A stretch of DNA of 64,000 nt. It comes from a virus. Below, in pieces: positions 54,345 to 61,302 of this stretch. The DNA lies in IMG/VR virus record IMGVR_UViG_3300023184_004051, positions 1-64,000 of that record, one strand, 5' to 3'. The stretch's first letter is position 1, and every line of letters begins with the position of its first letter. Below the pieces are notes generated by a model. That model searched no databases. It had not been told where the DNA came from and worked only from the letters and a program-made list of their open reading frames with translations. The translations under genes and the position numbers were made by a program.

Positions 54345-54772
54345 CTACCCTCCTAGATGCACTTGGAACCTATCTGCCGACCAGAACTGCCACGCTGCCC
54401 GCCGTTCAGCAGTTGCACTTGGGGTCAAACCTATTCTTGGCTCGCATCCCAGCCGAAGCGCCTGATGCTTGTGTCGTCGTTCAGCAGTATGAGGGTCAGA
54501 ACCCGACCTTCACAATGGGGCCTGTCGTCAGCGAGTTGGAACATCCCCGTATCCAAATCACCGTAAGGGGGATGAGAGAGGACTATCCGGGCGCATACGA
54601 CCTCTCCATTGCCATCCGCAACATCTTGGGTGCAATCACCTCTACGACCTCGCTAAGCGGCATCAGCGTCATCCGTATCGAGCCTTTGGGACTTCCAAAC
54701 CCCATCGGCTACGACCAAGTGGAGCGACCCCGTTTCACTACCAACTTCCAAGCGCATTACAAATCATCGTGA
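54341..54772 (+). CDS. Tail terminator
   Basis: P.IQITVRG...Y, PIGYD..ERPRFTTNF. Confidence 0.8.
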   Translation: MTTLLDALGTYLPTRTATLPAVQQLHLGSNLFLARIPAEAPDACVVVQQYEGQNPTFTMGPVVSELEHPRIQITVRGMREDYPGAYDLSIAIRNILGAITSTTSLSGISVIRIEPLGLPNPIGYDQVERPRFTTNFQAHYKSS

Positions 54773-55005
54773 ACGAACTTGACCTCGTAATCCAAAGCAT
54801 CAAAGCGGCCAAACAAGCCTGCCTTGCATCAGTTCACGCATTGGAGGCAGTCGAGCGGCTTCTCGGTGCTGATGACATTTCCAAAACTCAGCCAGTCGAG
54901 GCTGCCGAGGCATCCGGTTGTCAGCACAAAGATGCGGCTAAAGTCACCACATCGGAAGGTGTGTTTCTTGTCTGCGGATGTGGCGAACAAAAAGAAATCC
55001 AATAA
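54769..55005 (+). CDS. Hypothetical protein with CxH...CxC motif
   Basis: GTGA coupling. Confidence 0.6.
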   Translation: MNELDLVIQSIKAAKQACLASVHALEAVERLLGADDISKTQPVEAAEASGCQHKDAAKVTTSEGVFLVCGCGEQKEIQ

Positions 55006-55010
55006 ATGAC

Positions 55011-55058
55011 TTGTCGTGAATACTCAACTGTGCTACACTTCCAAAACCGACTAAGGAG
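55011..55058 (+). promoter_or_regulatory. SigA-type promoter plus conserved RBS motif inside the tail operon
   Basis: TTGTCG-N17-TACACT followed by CCGACTAAGGAG. Confidence 0.65.
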
Positions 55059-55064
55059 TAGCCT

Positions 55065-55349
55065 ATGACCCGCAGAACACCAGTAGCCGAGGTCGTTCCG
55101 AACTACACCCCCACTTGGGTGACAGTATTGGAATGGAACGGCTTGACACCGGGCGACCCCGTGAAAATCACGGGCGAGCGAGGGGACTTCACCTTCGCCT
55201 CTGTCCACGAACGAGATGGCGAGGTCATCTCTGTCAATGTTCACGGCGGGATGAACGGTCACCAAATGTGTAGGTCGTTTTATCCCCAAAAGGTCAGCAA
55301 AAAGGTCGCCAAACGGTCACGCCTTCGCTCGGCTCCGGCTGGCGACTGA
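55065..55349 (+). CDS. Moron-like small SH3-like protein
   Basis: L.PGDPVKITGERGDFTF...V.GG...RSFYP; has its own promoter. Confidence 0.7.
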   Translation: MTRRTPVAEVVPNYTPTWVTVLEWNGLTPGDPVKITGERGDFTFASVHERDGEVISVNVHGGMNGHQMCRSFYPQKVSKKVAKRSRLRSAPAGD

Positions 55350-55434
55350 CTGAGATGGGCTAACCCCCATCTACCCACAGGTGATTTTCCAATCGGGTGC
55401 TACGATTTTAGTAGGCATCATACGGGAAGGCACT

Positions 55435-55647
55435 ATGGCTAAGGCTAAATCACAGGCGTATCAAGTCACCGATAAGTCACCTTTGTCCTACAACGGCAAG
55501 GATGTGTCTTGTGGTGAAGTGGTCACTGACATTCCCGGCGAAAGCATCTCTTGGCTTCTTGCTGATGGTTTCATCGTTCCCGTCGAGTCAGTCGAGGAAG
55601 CCACTCCCGCAGTTTTGGATGAGGCTCCTGCGGATGGTGAAAACTAA
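55435..55647 (+). CDS. Small protein preceding the tail tube genes
   Basis: GEVVTDIPGESISWLL..GFI motif. Confidence 0.7.
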   Translation: MAKAKSQAYQVTDKSPLSYNGKDVSCGEVVTDIPGESISWLLADGFIVPVESVEEATPAVLDEAPADGEN

Positions 55648-56603
55648 TGCCCACCTTCCTTCACGGCAAGAATACGCGCGTGGTGCTTGTCAACCCGAAC
55701 TTCACCTCGCAGACCTTCACGGCTACCGTCACGAGCGGTACTGCAGTTATCACCATCGTGAGCGCCAACTTGTCTTTGGTGCCCGGTATGGGTATCACCG
55801 CAGCCTCAGGCTTGCCTGCCGGAACCGTCATTCTCTCGGCTTCAGGGCGCTCTCTCACCCTGTCCAACAACTTCACCGGAACCGGAACGATTACTTTCAC
55901 CGCTTCTAGCACGGGTATCGCCTACGACATCTCGCAGTTTTTCAATGATGTTTCGGTTTCCTTCGCGAGCGAAGCCGCTGAAATCACGACTTTCCAAACG
56001 GCAGGCTTCAAGTCTTACATCGCTGGCTTGCGTGAAGGCAACATTTCACTAAACGGGTTCTACGACGGAACCATCACGGGTGTTGACGCAATCCTGTACA
56101 CAGCCATTGCTAATACGGGCGACGAAGGCTGCATCGTGTTTACCGATGGCAATAACTCCGCTACTTCTGCCTCTCGGTGCTACATCACCAGAGGTATTGA
56201 GACAAAGTATGACCTCAAATCGCCTGTTTCTGGCGTTGTTGCGGTTGATACTGAAATCCAAGCAGACGGCGGTGTGTGGCGTGGCATCGGTCAAAACTTC
56301 ACCCAAAGCGGTGCGGCAACGACTTATGCACCGTCAACAAATGGCTACGACGGCGGTAGCGCAACAACGAATGGCGGGTTGCTGATTGTGGGCGTGACGG
56401 CATTGACCGGCACAAGCCCAACTGTGGCCTTGACTTTTCAGCACTCCCCAGACCAATCCACTTGGACTGACCTCGCAACAAGCAACACGGGTGGCGCTGT
56501 CACCATCGTCGGGGGAAGCATTTATCGCTACACAAGGCTCAGAGTTGTTTTGGGTGGCACAAGTCCTTCAGCAAACATCTACTACGGGTTCGCCCGCTTC
56601 TAA
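55647..56603 (+). CDS. Tail tube (major tail) protein 1 with extra domains
   Basis: MPTFLHGKN, EITTF...KSYIAGLREG.ISL.GFYD, TKYDLKSPVSGVV. Confidence 0.8.
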   Translation: MPTFLHGKNTRVVLVNPNFTSQTFTATVTSGTAVITIVSANLSLVPGMGITAASGLPAGTVILSASGRSLTLSNNFTGTGTITFTASSTGIAYDISQFFNDVSVSFASEAAEITTFQTAGFKSYIAGLREGNISLNGFYDGTITGVDAILYTAIANTGDEGCIVFTDGNNSATSASRCYITRGIETKYDLKSPVSGVVAVDTEIQADGGVWRGIGQNFTQSGAATTYAPSTNGYDGGSATTNGGLLIVGVTALTGTSPTVALTFQHSPDQSTWTDLATSNTGGAVTIVGGSIYRYTRLRVVLGGTSPSANIYYGFARF

Positions 56604-56612
56604 GGAGTAAAA

Positions 56613-57320
56613 ATGGCAACTTTCCAGCACGGTAAGAACGGATTTCTGGCCCTCGGCTACGAAACCGCAACGACTATCCCGACCCTGACCGCAGGTATCT
56701 CGGCAACGACGGCATTGGGAACCATCGGCGGTTTCACTAACTCGCTGCTTGATGGCAACAAGGCAAACCCCGTTATCACGGGTGGCTCGACCTACGGCGT
56801 GTTCCTCGGTGGTGTTCCAAACTACCTGACCGCTTCGATTGCAGCCTCGGGTGGAACGCTTGCTCAGGCCGCAACTGTCGCCACCAGCGCACAGGTTCTC
56901 TCAATGGTCAACTTTTCACCATACATCAACGACATTTCGTTCCCACAGGCGATTGAAACCAACGAAACCACCACGTTCTCGTCGGCGGGTGTCAAGACCT
57001 ACATCGTCGGTCTGAGGGGTTGGACTATCTCCTTTGGTGGAATGTTGGACTTGACCGTTGGCGCGACGAACGCTCCGGGTGGCGTGGACAAGATTATGTC
57101 TGACATCATCGCTTTCCAAAATGTTTCCAGCGCAAACCTTGTCTCGTTTGTCTACGGCCCAGCATCGCCCGGTGCTTTGGGTGGTGGAACCGCCGACCTG
57201 AAGTATTACGGTCAGAGCGTCTTGACGAAGTACGACCTCAAATCCTCAGTCTCGGGTGTGGTCACTTTTGATGGTGAACTTCAGGTCACTGGTGCTGTTT
57301 ACCGCACGACGACTCTCTAG
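56613..57320 (+). CDS. Tail tube (major tail) protein 2
   Basis: MATFQHGKN, ETTTF...KTYIVGLR, FVYGP, TKYDLKSSVSGVV..ELQVTGAV.R. Confidence 0.82.
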   Translation: MATFQHGKNGFLALGYETATTIPTLTAGISATTALGTIGGFTNSLLDGNKANPVITGGSTYGVFLGGVPNYLTASIAASGGTLAQAATVATSAQVLSMVNFSPYINDISFPQAIETNETTTFSSAGVKTYIVGLRGWTISFGGMLDLTVGATNAPGGVDKIMSDIIAFQNVSSANLVSFVYGPASPGALGGGTADLKYYGQSVLTKYDLKSSVSGVVTFDGELQVTGAVYRTTTL

Positions 57321-57354
57321 TTGATACGATAAGTAGAAACTAGCCCAAGGAGTA

Positions 57355-57744
57355 TTGGTGTCAAACCTTTCAGCAAAGATTTTCGCAGCATCCGACATTG
57401 AGAGTGAGTTGGTGGATGTCCCGCAATGGGATGTCACGCTGTTAGTGAAATCCATCACGGCGAAAGACCGTGCAGTAATGATTTCGGGTTCTGTCGAGAA
57501 CAATGGTGAGTTTCGGTTGGAGGAAATCCTCCCCGACCTCGTTATTGCCGCTTGTTATGACCCCGAGACTGGCGAGAAGGTTTTTCAGCCCGGTGACCGT
57601 GATGCGCTTATGGCAAAATCAGCCGCACCCATTGAACAGTTGGCGCAAGTCGCTATGCGTTTGTCGGGTATGGAGGAAACTTCGGTGGATAACGCGGGAA
57701 AAGATTTTACGCCAACCCCGAGCGACGCTTCCTCTTTGAGTTAG
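57355..57744 (+). CDS. Tail assembly chaperone (gpG-like)
   Basis: ELVDVPQW...DPETGEKVF..D.DAL..K; lies before the tape measure. Confidence 0.85.
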   Translation: MVSNLSAKIFAASDIESELVDVPQWDVTLLVKSITAKDRAVMISGSVENNGEFRLEEILPDLVIAACYDPETGEKVFQPGDRDALMAKSAAPIEQLAQVAMRLSGMEETSVDNAGKDFTPTPSDASSLS

Positions 57745-57890
57745 CCGAGAAGTTAGGGAGAACGGTTGGCGAACTCCTAGAAGGTTCTCCCGCACATAGG
57801 CCGATGTCCGCTAGTGAAATGGTGGAGTGGCAGGCAGTTTGGAAAATCCGAGCGTATGAGCAAGAGGAAGCAATGAAGGAGAATGGCTAA
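57696..57890 (+). other. Programmed -1 frameshift site and gpGT extension
   Basis: GGGAAAA at 57696-57702; the -1 frame reads RFYANPERRFLFELAEKLGRTVGELL...EMVEWQAVWKIR to TAA at 57890. Confidence 0.88.
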
Positions 57891-57914
57891 CTGCTAAGAG
57901 GAAGGTGGTGAAAA

Positions 57915-60900
57915 ATGGAAGAAAGTATGCGTATCCGAATACTCGGAGATGCGTCTAGCGCCCAAACCGCTTTTCAGCAAGCAGAGAAGGCCGCTCAACT
58001 TGCGGCTGACAAAATCAGTCACTCTTTCAATCACCTCGGAAGCCTGTTCAAGCGAACCATTGGCTTCGCTGGCATCGCCGTTGGTCTTGATACCGCGCTG
58101 GAAAGTGCATCGCACCTCATCAACGCTCAGAAGGCACAGGCTCAACTCCTGTCCAACCAAGCGAAACAGCAGGGCAGTATCATCAAGTTGCAGGACTTTG
58201 AGTTGGAAGGCAATGCAAAGGCTTACGCTTGGAAGTCCAAAACGCTTGACCAGATGGCGACGCAGTTATCACTAAACAACGCCATTTCCAAATCAGACAT
58301 CGTTCAGGCGCAGAACCGGCAACTCACGAACACGGACTTGCTGAAGTTCTACTCCAAGGGCAACGCTGCGCTTTCACAACAGAACCAGACTTACAAAGAC
58401 ATCGTGAACGAAGCCCGCCTCCACGGGGTAGCAATGTCAGGTTCTCAGGCAGCAATGGCGACGACGCTGACCACCGCAGCCAACCTTGCTGAAGTCACGG
58501 GTCAAGGCATCAACGGCTCAATGATGATGTTGACTCGTTTGATGGCTGACCCTGCCAAGCGAATGTCGGCAATGTCCCGTATGGGTATCCAAATCGCCAA
58601 GTCTGACCAAGAGCGCATCAAGGCGCTGGAAAAAACCAAGGGTCTGATGGCGGCTCAGGGTGAGTTGCTGAATGTTTTGGATAAGACCTATCACGGGATT
58701 GCCGCAACAGCAGCCTCGCCGGTAGAAATCCTGAAAAACGCCTTGGCAAACGTTTGGACTGCATTGGGCGAAGGTCTTATGCCTGTGCTGGAAAGTTTGT
58801 CTGCCGTTGTTATTGAGGTGGTGACACCACTTCTCCCTGTCCTTCAGAGTATGGGCAGCCTCATTGAGGAAGTAGCAAAACGACTCGGTACATCGCTCGG
58901 TTCGTTGATTTCCGACCTCATCCCCTTCATCGACCTCTTAGTGAAAGGGATGCTGCCCGCATTTTTTGACCTCATCACGCCTCTCGTGCAGATGGCCGAC
59001 AAAGCGATTACACCACTTGCCCAAGCGTTCTCGCAGTTGGTTGGTGAGGGTGAGAAAATGGGCCCCCTTTCCCAAGCGTTTTTGGATATGGGCAAGACCA
59101 TTGGTGAAAACTTGAAGCCTGCGGTGGACTTCATCGCTGATGCCTTCAAGAAAATGTCCAAAGACGGCACTCTGGACAAGATGATGAAAAGCCTTTTGGA
59201 TACCTTCAAGGCTCTTGCTCCCATCCTTCCCGACCTCGCCGTTGCATTGGCGAACTTGGTGATTGCGATTACTCCCGCCTTCATCGCTGCACTTCCCATA
59301 ATGGTTGATGCCTTTGCATTGTTCGTGCAAATCCTGACTGCGATTACACCACTCGTCGTGGATGTGGCAAACGGCATTGCCGACTTGGTGAAAAAGATTA
59401 CGGACAACAAGGGCTTGACCGGCGTTATTGGCACACTCATCGGCCTTTGGTTCACCAAGAGCCTGTTCATCACTCCACTCGTCGCCATTACTTCGGGTAT
59501 TGGAATGATTATCACCAAAATCATTTCGGCTGGCTCGGCTCTGAAGGGCGTTGGCTCAATCGCCAAGGGGCTTTTCACTAAGGGCTTTGGCGGGGCTTCG
59601 GCTGCACGACTCGGTTCATTGGATAGACGAGCCGACATCGCCACGAGCAAGGCAACAGCGGCATTTGGAATGTATGGTGGTGAAAGTGGTCGCTACAAGC
59701 GAGCAGCCGCCAAGCAAAAAGAGGCAGTTGAGCGCGCTGAAGCGTTCCGTGGGCGGGTCAACACAGTTGCCGGTGCTGGCGGTGGTGTAAAAGGACTCCT
59801 GAAGTCGGTATTCGGTTTTGGACTTGGAACAGGTTTCAAGCCCGCAAGTGAAGTTGACGCAGTAAACCAAAACACCCAAGCACTCATTGAGTTGACCGCA
59901 ACCCTCGGTCGAACAGCAGGCGGTCTGTCCGGCGGTTTTGGAAGTGGGGGTAGTGGAAAATCTAAGCCGATGACTGACTTGGAAAAGACTTATGCTGAAC
60001 TTCACGCTAGGCAATATGGCGGAAGTAGCGGAAGGGGAGCCATACCGGGGCTTCAGTCTTTGCAAACCGCTCTTGCTGAAAATGGCTATGCCGGTAAGAA
60101 CGGAAAGCCACCGTCAGGTGGAAAGTTTGGCCGCTTCGGTTCGTTTATGAAAAATGAGTTCTCGGCTATGGGCGAGGATGTCAGGAATGGCGCTGCCCGA
60201 ACCAGTAGGATTGGCTCAAAGATTGCCGGATTTGGCAGACTTGGAAGGTTCAGCGCCGGTTCTGGCATTGTCGGTGGTCTTGCCTCGGCTGGTATTGGAA
60301 TGGCAATGCCTCTCCTTCAGAAGGTGATGCCAAAGAAAGCGGCAAATGTCCTTGGTGGGGTCGCTCAGGGCGCTTCTATGGGAATGATGTTCGGCCCTTG
60401 GGGTGCAGCCATCGGAGCGGCAATCGGCCTAGTGAAATCCTTGTTCCAAAACTGCAAGCCTTTCCACGACTTCGTTATCAAGGTCGGCCACAAACTGATG
60501 GAGTGGGGCAAGATTATTTGGACAAAAGTTCAGCCTGTCCTGAAGGTGGTTTGGGAAATCATCAAAAAAATCGCCACCATCTACATCAAGGCAATGATTT
60601 TCGGGTTCAAGATTGTGTGGGGTGTCATCAAGATGGTTTGGAACGTGCTGAAAACCGTCTGGGATGTTCTGTACGCCATTGGTAAGTGGGTCGTTGGCGT
60701 GCTGATGGCTTACTTCAAGGGTTGGTGGACAATCATCAAAGCGGTTTGGGGCATACTGAGTGGCATTTGGGATGGCCTTGTATCTGGTGGAAAGACCGCT
60801 TGGGGCTGGCTGAAGGGTATGTTTGGGTGGATAAAAGACGCAGGGGGAAACGTGTGGGATGCGCTTTACAACGGTTTTGTTTGGGCGGTAAACAAGATTA

Positions 60901-61265
60901 TTGGTCTTTACAACGGAACCCTTGGCAATCTGTTGAGTTGGATTGGCGTGGATGCCAAAATCGGCACACTGACGTATGTTGACCACCACAGCAAGCCCAA
61001 GAAGCACCACTCCGGCGGTATCGTTCAGGGGCCACGAGGCAAGGAAGTTCCGGCCATCTTGCAGGCGGGTGAGGCTGTCACTTCGCTAGCCCAAATGAAC
61101 GCAGGTCGCAACAGGGGAGCGGGCAACACCCTCAATGTCCAACCAAACGCTGTCACCATCGTGGTCAACGGCAATGCCGACGCTGCGACTACTGCTGAAA
61201 TCAAGAAGCACGTTGATGCTCAGTTCAAGGAACTGCACCGCACCCTGAGGGGTATGGGTCGGTAA
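57915..61265 (+). CDS. Tape measure protein
   Basis: 1116 aa, helical, periodic Pro/Trp repeats, HHSGGIV...EVPAILQAGE C-terminal motif. Confidence 0.92.
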   Translation: MEESMRIRILGDASSAQTAFQQAEKAAQLAADKISHSFNHLGSLFKRTIGFAGIAVGLDTALESASHLINAQKAQAQLLSNQAKQQGSIIKLQDFELEGNAKAYAWKSKTLDQMATQLSLNNAISKSDIVQAQNRQLTNTDLLKFYSKGNAALSQQNQTYKDIVNEARLHGVAMSGSQAAMATTLTTAANLAEVTGQGINGSMMMLTRLMADPAKRMSAMSRMGIQIAKSDQERIKALEKTKGLMAAQGELLNVLDKTYHGIAATAASPVEILKNALANVWTALGEGLMPVLESLSAVVIEVVTPLLPVLQSMGSLIEEVAKRLGTSLGSLISDLIPFIDLLVKGMLPAFFDLITPLVQMADKAITPLAQAFSQLVGEGEKMGPLSQAFLDMGKTIGENLKPAVDFIADAFKKMSKDGTLDKMMKSLLDTFKALAPILPDLAVALANLVIAITPAFIAALPIMVDAFALFVQILTAITPLVVDVANGIADLVKKITDNKGLTGVIGTLIGLWFTKSLFITPLVAITSGIGMIITKIISAGSALKGVGSIAKGLFTKGFGGASAARLGSLDRRADIATSKATAAFGMYGGESGRYKRAAAKQKEAVERAEAFRGRVNTVAGAGGGVKGLLKSVFGFGLGTGFKPASEVDAVNQNTQALIELTATLGRTAGGLSGGFGSGGSGKSKPMTDLEKTYAELHARQYGGSSGRGAIPGLQSLQTALAENGYAGKNGKPPSGGKFGRFGSFMKNEFSAMGEDVRNGAARTSRIGSKIAGFGRLGRFSAGSGIVGGLASAGIGMAMPLLQKVMPKKAANVLGGVAQGASMGMMFGPWGAAIGAAIGLVKSLFQNCKPFHDFVIKVGHKLMEWGKIIWTKVQPVLKVVWEIIKKIATIYIKAMIFGFKIVWGVIKMVWNVLKTVWDVLYAIGKWVVGVLMAYFKGWWTIIKAVWGILSGIWDGLVSGGKTAWGWLKGMFGWIKDAGGNVWDALYNGFVWAVNKIIGLYNGTLGNLLSWIGVDAKIGTLTYVDHHSKPKKHHSGGIVQGPRGKEVPAILQAGEAVTSLAQMNAGRNRGAGNTLNVQPNAVTIVVNGNADAATTAEIKKHVDAQFKELHRTLRGMGR

Positions 61266-61302
61266 ATCCCGACTTCGTGGGGTAGAGTGGTGATTGAGCG
61301 AG

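Noticed and set aside
57696-57702. -1 frameshift as a novelty
   Set aside because: It is real but is the standard tail-assembly-chaperone frameshift, so it is listed as a feature only.
58844-59650. Long antisense or alternate-frame ORFs (e.g. 58844-59650, 43372-44085, 36482-37018, 61550-62116)
   Set aside because: They are shadows of well-supported genes and show no motifs or start signals, unlike the nested HNH.
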